This document shows positions 1-10,413 of a DNA stretch of 64,000 nt, in pieces. The stretch comes from Bugula neritina (Eukaryota; Animalia; Bryozoa). The notes beneath the pieces were generated by a model. That model did no database searches. It was not told the origin of the DNA and saw only the letters and a program-made list of their open reading frames with translations. Each line of letters opens with the position of its first letter. The stretch's first letter is position 1. The position numbers and the translations under genes are program-made. Location: contig OZ037768.1 in NCBI GenBank assembly GCA_964035545.1, positions 10,448,741 through 10,512,740 on the forward strand, in the 5' to 3' direction.

Positions 1-2178
1 GAAGCAGACGGTTGGAGAATTTTTCACAGAGGTAGTTTCACAAGGCCAGTCGGCATTCCTGGATATGCCGGAGGAATACAGAAATAAGGTACTGACGAAC
101 GTCTTCATAGCAGGGTTGAACGAAGCCCATCAGAGGGATATCCTTCTGAAGGGTGAGCTCACCCTGCAGCAAACCTTAGAGGAAGCAAAAAAGCTGGAGG
201 CAGTAGACGGGGCATTCAAGACACAAAAAATAAATTTGATAGAGTCAGAAATAGTTGCTGAAGTGAATAACACCCGGAGCCAAGCAGAACTCATAGCTCC
301 TCTGCAAAAACAAATAGATGGACTGGCTGAGCTAATAAAAGCTCAGTCAGTAAGATCCAAAGAGCAAGCGGAGAGAAATTACAGAAATAATAACTACCAG
401 CCCAACAGATACCGCGGTAGAGGACGCAGTAGTAACCGGGGTAACAGTAGAGGTGGCTATAGCCAAACACAGCGCTACCATAACCAAAGCGCCCACAACC
501 AGCATCAGGCCCCTTTTAACCAACACGGAGGACCATATAACCACCAATCACTACACAGATACAATAATGATCGAACAGGTCAAAACTACGGCAATGGGCG
601 TGGGCAAAACTCTTGGCCCTGCAAGTCTTGCGGGAACCAGCACTATGGGAGTGTCACAAATTCTGAGTGTACATATACTGGGTTTTTCCTAATGATTATA
701 TACGAATGTTCATAAATATTCTAGACTGATCAAAGAGATGGGTCATTGTTCATTGTTATTGTTTTCATTAGTCATGTTAACTACTGCCCAGCAATGTAAA
801 CAAGGTGTTGCGCAATAATTGCGAAATAACCATGGAAATTCCAATGTTTTGTTTTGTTTTGATTTTCTATAAATAGTATTGGCATGTGGGGAATGTTTTC
901 TACTAGAATCTTCTGTACTGGAATGCTTGAGAATATTCTAGAGCTTTTTGTTTACTATAAATACTGAGGCAGTTGTGTTTACAGTTCAGTTCATTCTCGG
1001 AGTTCATTTTTATACATTCATCTGTGCATATCTTACTAGAGAAATAAAGTCTACTTATATCCACAACTCTATTACTCACAACTGGATTAGCAAGCTGTAT
1101 GCTACTTGTCTATACACTTCTGACTACCAGACTTTTCGAACTCGTCACACTGCTACCAACAGTTTTGTGACAGGGAGCAAATGCTCTAATGTGAATGTCG
1201 TCAGCGACCTCGGTCCTGACCAGTTTGCATTCCAGTTCCTAAATCAAGATCCAGGCCAGGAACATGTTGATGCCGTAGAACTGACTCCCAAAGCAAAAAG
1301 ACCGAAGGCCAAAAGTAGAAGAGGTGGCAAGAAATTCTCAGTCATAAATGCAGTACAACTGGCCATGTTATGCTTGCTAAGCTGCTTCATTGGCTGTGGA
1401 GCGACCCCGGTAGAAGCAAAAAACCCCATGGTATGCGGCTCTCACCATACTGACCAACCCCACTTGTTCCGACTGAGCACTAACTACACCTGCCCCGGAC
1501 ATGACAAGACTGACCCTAAACGACAACCCCAGCAGACTAAAATCATGGTGTACAAACCTAACACGATAGAGTGGGAATCGCTAGCATATCAATGCAAGAA
1601 GTTTAAATCGGTAGTCACCACGTTGGTGTCTTTCTTCTCCGATGTGAAGGTCCGTGATGCTCACATAGAGAACCGGCCTATCATGCAGAGAGAGTGCACC
1701 GACATGGTTGCCTCTAAACACTGTGACGCGGGTGAGCTTAAGGGTGGAAATGGTGTCTTCACTACGCGCAACAAGGTCGAAGCAGAGTACAAGCATTGCT
1801 GCAAGAAGCGATTCTTCTCAAAGTATCAGTGCAGCATAGTTAGAGCGACCGTGTACAAAAGGCACGAGAATAAGGAATTTGAGTCCACTGCAGGTGATGT
1901 CCGTCATTGCAAATATGACGATGGAAGCTGCAGATTGGACGACGGTTCCATTCTCATATGGGAACCACGGAAGTAGACCTACTGCAAGCACACGGAGTGC
2001 TACACCAAGGAAGGCACCTTATTTGACAACTACTTTGTCAGTAGTGACCATTCAATGGCCTTGACGTTTGCCCGATATGGAATCAACTCGACGAAGAACT
2101 GCCATGGCAAGTACACATCGATGTCTGACCAAGAGCTGATGTTAAGGTTCATGACGCCGCTCCACAACATTACTATTC
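1..2178 (+). mobile_element. Truncated copy 1 of env-bearing Gypsy LTR retrotransposon (gag C-terminal half plus env N-terminal half), interrupted by a solo LTR
   Basis: Highly similar to 4022-5694. ORFs 65..715 and 948..1976 match the 4086..5915 protein. Premature TAG at 1974-1976 where copy 2 has CAG. Similarity stops near 2178. Confidence 0.92.
652..1172 (+). mobile_element. Solo LTR (521 bp) of an unrelated LTR retrotransposon
   Basis: Ends TGTCACAAA...TTTGTGACA (9-bp inverted repeat). 5-bp TSD GGGAG at 647-651 and 1173-1177. The empty site is visible in copy 2 (tatGGGAGcaaatg near 4688). TATAAATA at 956, TCAGTT at 986, AATAAA at 1043. Confidence 0.93.
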
Positions 2179-2562
2179 TAAGCATAGTCTGATATAAGAG
2201 CATTGACCATAACCTATTGCACTAGCATCTAAAAAGTGATGCAGCTTAGTTTTGACAATTGTATCAAAATTAGCTTAATATAAGCATCTAGGTATTGCTA
2301 CATTGTCTAACATGTTAAATTCATGTTTCCAGGAGAACAACTGAGCACTAACAGCTTCATTTACATATAGACTGCAAAATCTTTTTGCCACACAGTATAA
2401 AAAGGAGATAAAAAGCCTAGGGGTCAAATAAAGATGCTACTGTTGACAAAATTCCACGCTTTGTAGCTGGCTCGGCTTGTTTGAGATTCATTGAGAATTT
2501 AAAATTGCCAGACTGAGTGCACCATTTAATGCCTAATGCTCTTTCTATGGGCAGAACACTGT

Positions 2563-3193
2563 TGTTGTAGTGGAATTATGGACTTTAGACTTATTCAATT
2601 CTCATTCTACATTCTCATTTCCTTACGCCCAGCTACACCCCACATTAATATTAACTTTCCATTGTTATACAGATTAGAGACAATTAATGTCATCACAATA
2701 GCCAAGCTGTCTCCTACTGTCTGTAACATGTACTAATTTCGTTACAATTATAATTACATTTTCGCTTTGAAGTCAGTTGCTATACGTCAAACACCCTGGT
2801 CCTGCAGCTTCGTGGCTTTATCCTTATATGGAGATGCAGCCACCCTTGTAAAGGCAGTAACCTATCCTGAGATAGCTGACGTGGACCAACCGGCAGGAAG
2901 CCTAAGTATTACAGCCACTCTTGTAATACTGCAGCCTATCCTGAAGCAGCTGACGTGGAGCTAACCGGCAAGAAGCATCTTGCTACACCCAACAGCTATC
3001 TGAAGTCACTTCTCTGTAAGACCCAGCTTCAGGTAGACGCACTCAGAACGAGAGGAGTTATCTACAATCTACAAGGTAATTACCATAAAGTATATGCATA
3101 TAATACTGTTATAGTAAATCACTAAGGCTTAGCCATATTAGTAATAGCTGTACAGTAAGTTATAGCGGGATACCACAAGTTCCCGTTATAACA
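2563..3193 (+). repeat. 5' LTR of the env-bearing Gypsy element
   Basis: Direct repeat of 21185-22234, starts TG and ends CA, followed by a PBS. It contains an internal duplication (cctatcctga...ctgacgtgga...aaccggca twice) that is single in the 3' LTR. Confidence 0.9.
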
Positions 3194-3195
3194 TT

Positions 3196-3206
3196 TGGTG
3201 GAGGTA
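3196..3206 (+). promoter_or_regulatory. Primer binding site, probably tRNA-Ala
   Basis: TGGTGGAGGTA lies 2 nt after the LTR end and is complementary to the ...UACCUCCACCA 3' end typical of tRNA-Ala. Confidence 0.75.
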
Positions 3207-3687
3207 CCATTTCGGTCTCCCCTCTCGTATTGCCTAGCATTTAATTGCTGATCACTGAGGTTAACCACTCGGTTATACTTGGCTTAGGTAGCTATTACTG
3301 CCAAGCTATTGTATTGACGGCTCCCACAAGCTTGAGGACAAGCTATTTTTAACTTAAGGTGGAGTTTAGAGTTCATTGAGTGTATTAAAAATCACTTTGG
3401 AATAACCACAAAAATAGGCCTAAATAATAATTGAACATATTACATACAGAACTGGTCCCACGACACATAAATTAAGGCAATACCTAAATAAGCGCTATAG
3501 AAATACAATAAAAAATTCTAGTGGTTGACCTGGAGTCCCGGTATCTAATACCAAACAATATATTAGTACTGTCAATTTTGAATTACAAGACTCAACTCCC
3601 TTTTTATAAACTTTATTATTACTTGTTGCTGTGTTATCAACACTACTTTTGCTGTTACAGAAATTAGTACCGTTAAACAAAACGAAC

Positions 3688-4800
3688 ATACCCACCGCCA
3701 ATCCATTCCAAACGCAGATAATAGCAAGCGTGGCACCCAACTTGGATAGCCTGCCATCTTTTTCCGGCGACTCTACTGAGTCCTGGGAGAATTTTATAGA
3801 GAGGTGGGAAGTCCTGGTGGCCCCCAGCGATATGATAACGAACAACTAGCCCTCGCCATACCTGCCAAGCTCACTGGCTCAGCTTGGCAGACATATCGAA
3901 AGGTAGTGAAACAGGCGCCCGGCTGTGCCAGCAACTACACTGCACTTAAACCCAAACTGGCTACAATGTTTCAAAGTAGCAACCCACTGCTAGGGAAGAG
4001 CCTCTAGAAACTGTCACAGGGGAAGAAGACTGTTAGAGAATTCTTCACAGAAGTAGTTTCACAAGGCCAATCGGCATTCCTGGATATGCCGGAGGAATAC
4101 AGAGATAAGGTACTGACGAACGTCTTCATAGCAGGGTTGAACGAAGCCCATCAGAGGGATATCCTTCTGAAGGGTGAACTCACCCTGCAGCAGACCTTAG
4201 AGGAAGCAAAAAAGCTGGAGGCAGTAGACGGGGCACTCAAGACTCAAAAAATAAATTTCATAGAGTCAGAAATAGTCGCTGAAGTAAATTACACCTGGAG
4301 CCAAGCAGAACTCATAGCTCCTCTGCAAAAACAAATAGACGGTCTGGCTGAACTAATAAAAGCTCAGTCAATAATATCTAAGGAGCAAGCGGAGAAAAGT
4401 TACAGAAGCAATAACTACCAGCCCAACCGATACCGTGGTAGAGGACGCGGTGGTAACCGAGGCAACAGAAAAGGTGGCTATAACCAACCACAGCGCTACT
4501 ATAACCAAGGCGCCCACAACCAACATCAGGCCCCTTTTAACCAACATCAGGCCCCTTTTAACCAACAGAGAGGATCATACAACCACCAATCACTACACAG
4601 ACACAATAATGATCGCACAGGTCAGAACTACGGCAATGGGCGTAGACAAAATCCTTGGCCCTGCAAATCTTGCGTGATCCGGCATTATGGGAGCAAATGC
4701 TCTAATGTAAATGTCGTCAGCGACCTCGGTCCTGACGAGTTTGCATTCCAGTTCTTAAATCAAGATCCAGGCCAAGAACACGTCGATGCCGTAGAACTGA
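3688..4800 (+). pseudogene. gag: Gypsy Gag (capsid plus CCHC knuckle), decayed
   Basis: LPSFSGDSTESWENFIERW capsid start, LSQGKKTVREF motif, RG/N/Q-rich region, CX2CX3HX4C knuckle at 4662-4700. Lesions: 1-nt loss in the C-run near 3821 and TAG at 4005-4007. The start is inferred as ATG mutated to ATA at 3688. Confidence 0.85.
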
Positions 4801-4850
4801 CTCCCAAAGCAAGAAGACCGAAGGCCAAAAGTAGAAGAGGTGGCAAGAAA

Positions 4851-6864
4851 TTCTCAGTCATAAATGCAGTACAACTGGCCATGTTATGCTTGCTAAGCTG
4901 CTTCATTGGCTGTGGAGCGACCCCGGTAGAAGCAAAAAGCCCCATGGTGTACGGCTCACACCATACTGACCAACCCCACTTGTTCCGACTGAACACTAAC
5001 TACACCTGCCCCGGACATGACAAGACTGACCCCACGCGACAGCCCCAACAGACAAAAATCATGGTATACAAACCTAACACGATAGAGTGGGAGTCACCAG
5101 CTTACCAATGCAAGAAGTTCAAATCAGTAGTCACCACGTTAGTGTCTCTCTTCACCGACGTGAAAGTCCGGAATGCTCACATAGAGAACCGGCCTATCAC
5201 GCGGGGAGAGTGCATCGACATGGTTGCCTCTAAACACTGTGACACGGGCGAGCTTAAGAGCAGAAATGGTGTCTTCACTACGCGCAACAAGGTCGAAGCA
5301 GAGTACAAGCACTGCTGCAAGAAACGATTCTTCTCGAAGAATCAGTGCAGCATAGTTAAAGCGACCGTGTACAAAAGGCATGAGGATAAGGAATTCGAGT
5401 CCACTGCAGGTGATGTCCGTCATTGCAATTATGACGAAGGAAGCTGCAGATTGGACGACGGTTGCATTCTCATATGGGAACCACGGAAGCAGATCCACTG
5501 CAAGCATACAGAGTGGGACATCGAGGAAGGCACCTTCTTCGACAACCACTTCGTCAGTAGTGACCATTCAATGGCCTTGACGTTTGCCCAATATGGAATC
5601 AACTCGACGAAGGACTGCCATGGCAAGAACATGTTGATGTCAGACCAAAGGCTGATGTTAAGGTTCATGACGCCACTCCACAATGTTACCATTCGCAACA
5701 ACGTCACAGCCACATATCAAATTGTAGGCTTGTATGCGTCTACAATAAACGCAGTAGCACAAGCTCTGGCGTTAGAACAAATCACCACTGCACAAAAACT
5801 ATTCTGGACTTCATACTACTATTCGTGTCACAACACTGCCCAAACCATTAACCTCATCACTCTCTTACTTGAAAGACATCTCACAACAGCAGCAAGACAC
5901 GTTGCAATTGAGTAACGTGGTCGCGAAAGCCGGCCTAGGCTACTTAGAGGTGTACCCCTGCACTGAGTTGGAAAGAACTTCTTACCAACTACTGGAAATG
6001 AAACACAACAACTGCACCAACTACTTGCCGATACAAATATCTATAGCTAGTCTCGAATCCATTGGATATCTGGACCCTATAAAAAACATAATACACCCTG
6101 ACTCATACAACGTAGACTGCACCCACAAAGAGAAAGTTCCTGGGAAATTGGACGGTATTATTTACTTATATTCATGGAACGAATCTCTAAAACTGGCCCC
6201 AAACACTACAATTCTATCCCTGCCAAACATCAACTTAGGAGCTACTCCCTTGGAATTACACGAGAACATCTTCAGTTGTGCACATAGACTGAATCGGACT
6301 GATTTTAGTCATCACCACTCCTTAAATGCTATCCTTTCAACACTCAACCGCCAAGCACAGGTGTTGAAAACCGTTGGAGTTGTTAGCTCCTCACACTATA
6401 GACTAGACAAAAATAGAATAGAGACTCAAGAAGGCATACTGGGTAATTCATATTTCTCCTTCTTGTTCGGAGGTCATGTAGCCTCAGTATATGAATTGTG
6501 GACCATGCTAGCAAATCTCATTGTGACGATTGCTTCAGTTGTCTTCGTTTCAAAGAAATTATACTATCACCTGTGCATCAGATACATCTGCAAAAGGCGT
6601 GGCGGAATCGTAGTAGATGCTGTGGACATCATAGAACAAAGTAGAACACACCAACCAACAGCAGAAGAGACTAGGACAGCCACGGAATTGCATTCTTTAA
6701 TAAACCCCACTCATTCCCAAGTAGAAAGTACAACCCCCATTTCTGCTATTAACTCAAACACCCCACCAGCAAGGTTATACCCTGCACTTGAGGATATGAC
6801 CGAAACAGATGACATCGCTTGGCCTTCTTGGACCAAGCAAGCCAGGCAAAAGTCTTCACAATGA
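4851..6864 (+). pseudogene. env: Envelope glycoprotein, class III fusogen-like (gB/chuvirus/rhabdovirus G-like), in frame with gag
   Basis: Signal peptide FSVINAVQLAMLCLLSCFIGCGATPVEA. Cys-rich ectodomain (AYQCKK, ITRGECIDMV, CRLDDGCILIW, TTAARH, LEVYPC, CTNYLPI, GYLDPIKNII..DC) with many NxS/T sites. TM anchor near 6480-6550 and a cytoplasmic tail. One frameshift near 5902. Confidence 0.85.
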
Positions 6865-7184
6865 CTAGCCACGCCATTGCCGAAAACCGCTCCCCAAGTA
6901 TTGGGAATTCTGGATAGTCGCACCTGTCGAACAACAACAATAAGGGCAGAGGTAAACGGCAAGAGGTGTACCGCGTTAACAGATGCTGGCGCATCCATAA
7001 GTATTGTGAACTGCAATATCGCTGCCAACTTAGGGTTGGCACTACAACCACAAAAGATTAAGGCAAGGGGTGTTACCAACAGCTCCTTAGACATTCTCGG
7101 GAAATCGGACGTAGTGATTACAATAGGCAAAGACACAAGAGTAGAACATTCACTCTTCGTGGCCAATGCAATTACTCACGACGT
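6865..7184 (+). pseudogene. pol: Pol N-terminus: retropepsin-type aspartic protease, truncated
   Basis: AEVNGKRCTALTDAGASISIV active-site motif (D-T/S-G variant). Cut off just before the expected ILG motif. Same frame as env after TGA. Confidence 0.88.
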
Positions 7185-7349
7185 TTACTGAAGTGAACTC
7201 GATATTTTTGAAGTAAAACTTGAAACTTCAAGTTAATACCTTTAAATACCTTTTTAATACCTTTAAATCCACCCCGTTTTCCTTTCTGCTTTGGCCCGCG
7301 GAGCTCTGGGGGCTTCCAGGGATCGTGGGGTTTCTGCCGCTTCTTAGGT

Positions 7350-8156
7350 CCGTGGGCAGCTCGAGCGGCGGTGTCCTCTTGTGCCGCATCTCCAGCAACG
7401 GGTAGCTGGTCTGGGAGTCTCTACTCCTGGTCTCTTGTACTCCATGGGATTGCTGTATGTTATGGTCGCCACCAACTGTCCCAACATAGTCAAAAAGCGG
7501 TCGACCTCTGTCTCCAAAGAAGGGCTAGCAGTAGCGGCAGCTACTCAGACCGGATGGTCTGGTTCTCTAGTGGTTCGCGGGATAGTCTCTATCGCTCTAT
7601 AGAGTTGCTCGGCCCCCAGATATGCCTCGCTTTCCTGGATTGCAGCCTCTTTTGTGGTCACTCCTCTCGCTTGTAACTGGTGGTGGAGGCCCAAATTGTT
7701 GAGGGATTGTACAAAAGCCTCGAACGTATAGCGCCGTCTGTGTGTTTCTGGCAGGTCGCTATACGCGATCCGTGCCAGTCTCTTCACCAGAGTAGCGTGG
7801 TCCGGAAGTGGTGTACATGTTTTGCGGAGCAGTCCCTGTAAACGGGCCTTGGCGTCTGCGACAGGTATGCCAAAACGGGCCCGTAGCGCAGCAATGATCC
7901 CGTCTACGCTAGGTCTCAGCCCGTACGGCTTGGCTTGTTCCGTCAGTGCCATCCGTAGTTTTATCAGGGCTACTCTCGGCGGCCATTTTGTAATGGCTGC
8001 AACTTCATGGAATTCCCGAATAAATTGTTCAACATCTTCAAGGCCCGTGAAGGCGGGAGCCTCTAATGTATATTTATATGCCTCCTCTTCGGCCTCGGGA
8101 GAGTTTACGATAATGTCTCGCTCACCTTCTTCAGTTGAAGCTGTACTTTCGGCCAT
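7350..8156 (-). pseudogene. gag: Gypsy Gag of the second element
   Basis: APAFTGLEDVEQFIREF...ALRARFG capsid motifs. CWRCGTRGHRRSSC (CX2CX4HX4C) lies near 7355-7400, beyond a premature stop. Confidence 0.85.
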
Positions 8157-8198
8157 GATGCTCTAATGTTTTTCCATCGTCTCCAAACAGTAGCTAGG

Positions 8199-8216
8199 AT
8201 CCCACCGCTGCCACCA
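8199..8216 (-). promoter_or_regulatory. Primer binding site, tRNA-Leu
   Basis: 18-nt complement of the tRNA-Leu 3' end AUCCCACCGCUGCCACCA. Confidence 0.9.
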
Positions 8217-8484
8217 CTGTTGTGATTTACACAATACTAATGCCTGGTTCCTAGCTTGTAATTATGATTTGGTTATCCGCAGCAATATAGGGCTTGTGAT
8301 AAGATTAAAAGAGATTTATTTACAATTACATACTAATAAAATGATATAAGAAAGCGCACGGAATAAAGTATTACATCTTCCTAATTGCTAGTACACTCTC
8401 TCTACTGACAACCCTCTCGTTACGCATCGCTGGGGGCTGTGGCTAGGGGGACACGTGGACGCGCGTATTGCGCGCTCCACTACA

Positions 8485-10128
8485 ATAGCACCGCGCACCA
8501 TAGCGGCAAGCAAACAAGCTAAGCACTACTATTAGCAATAGCGTGCCTAGCCCCAAAATACTTATTATAAGGCCCCCATTTTGGTCCTCCTGAGCTGAGA
8601 ACAGCCCAGCAAAGTCGAATTCAGTAACGTTAGACCCTGTAGCATAGAGTGGCATATAAACTAGGAATGCTTACTCAAAGAGGCAATTTGATTGATATGA
8701 CTATGATGACGACCCTATACTGCTACTGCTTTAAACTAGACAATAGGTCTACTTACTAACCCCGCGTAACAGGCAGATCGGTAGTTGTTTCTAGGATATT
8801 CGGTGCTGTGCTGTACGGTGTAGAGGCTTCCCTGAGGCACTCTAGCACTCTCCCCCACCAGTAGTTACAATGTAACAGACAGGTCCAAAGGGCAAGGGTC
8901 CATTCAAGTCAATATAAGCAATAGCCTAGTGAATACATATATCAACCCCCCTCCCCCCCCTCAGTTAGATACTAACATATAACAGTCTGCTGATACCAAC
9001 AAATCTACCCCAATGCTTACTAACCCCTTGAGGAGTAAATAGAATAACGAATGGCAGGAGCCATTCCCTTTTCTTTTTATTGAGTGAGCAGCTTAACAGC
9101 TAGCAGTGGGTACCAGTGGCCCACTAGATCAATTATATATAATCATAACACAAAACACTGAAGCCGAAATACCCACTAGTTGAAGTTTTCTTTTTTTATA
9201 ATTATTATCTACTTACCCACTTATTTCAATATTAACCAGATAAAGATGGATCTATATGGGTGTATAAGTAACTAAAATAACTGTGAGACAAGTTACAACC
9301 AACAACACCCATCTCATTAAGTCTAATGACCATTATTGCCAAGTACAACTTCACTCTTGTTGATTAGAATTTTCTAATGTCAATACTACTCAACCAGACA
9401 TATTGACATAGTATCTATTAGTATTGACACCGCAACTAGTAGCAACACTGCAATTATTGTGGGTGGGTAATTCAGTCAGCAAACAATCCACTCATTAGTT
9501 TTACTTTAAACTTATAGTCGCAATACTGTACTGAAAATTTATCATTTTTTAAAAAAGAATTAAGTTTCAAAGTCAAATGGGAAATTACACTTAGTTTTGG
9601 TTATATCGTTTCAGGACATTTCCCTTCTAGACTAAAACTTTTACACGATTACAATTTTTAATTACTGAAGTAAACTCGATATTTTTGAAGTAAAACTTGA
9701 AACTTTAAGTTAATACCTTTAAATACCTTTGAAGACATAGAACACTTGGAAACACTAAAGGTTATAGAAGTGCGTCATTTGTTTTACAGTGTGGGCTAAA
9801 GGTTGGTAATTGTGTTAACTTTTTTTTACATGAACTCTCTGGTGTCTCTAATGGTTCTTGGTAAGAAGCTTACCATGGTACACTAGTGAGTTTGCATAAT
9901 TGGATGTTAGTTCACTGCGGGCAGAAGACCTAGTAGTTATTGACATATTTTAACGATCTCGTCTGATTTCGTCGTATGCCATTGCTAAGATTGAATGTTG
10001 TTCTTCTTTCTCCAGGATTTTCATGAGGAGATTGAGTCGGTAAGCCCTGCATCTCTGTTTGAGAGGCTGAAGGCCAAGCTGAGAGCATACCTCGGTTACA
10101 CTTTCTCGTCCCTTTTTTCCAGCAATAA
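8485..10128. repeat. Duplicated block, copy A (LINE 3' end plus about 1.2 kb of flank)
   Basis: Near-identical to 13424-15058. A third short piece lies at 7185-7267. Confidence 0.95.
9710..10128 (-). mobile_element. LINE 3' fragment (ORF2 C-terminus and tail)
   Basis: GRESVTEVCSQLGLQPLKQRCR...LPRTIRD and the AAAGGTATTT tail repeat. Same family as 14655-20650. Confidence 0.85.
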
Positions 10129-10413
10129 GCGAATACAATTGGTGGCTGATTAGGTTTACACTATTTCTATTTTTATTCATCTTTTTATTTGGAAAAAACA
10201 AACTATTTAATTGTCACGCGCTCTACGAGTTGACCTGCAACGGCAAACTAGGCTAATTAACAAAACTAGGGCCAAGGCCCCTAATAATAGCCCAACCGAT
10301 AGGCCAGTGTATCCTAAAAAATAAACACATGATTTTGTGAGCTAAGTGGTAGTTAGATTTGTTGTTAACATATTTACAACTGGTGTATACATATACAATA
10401 ATAAGAAAACATA

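Larger units (their letters stand above)
7268..8484 (-). mobile_element. Second Gypsy element, 5' fragment (LTR, tRNA-Leu PBS, gag)
   Basis: LTR 8218-8484 (TGTAGTG...CACAACA on the minus strand). PBS TGGTGGCAGCGGTGGGAT at 8199-8216. Gag ORF follows. The uninterrupted site is seen in the duplicated block near 13424. Confidence 0.88.

Noticed and set aside
948-1172. N-terminal extension of the env ORF 948..1976
   Set aside because: It starts at TTG inside the solo LTR; a chance open frame in LTR sequence.
5895-5915. Programmed frameshift within env
   Set aside because: No slippery heptamer, and it falls mid-domain in a copy with other lesions, so it is treated as decay.
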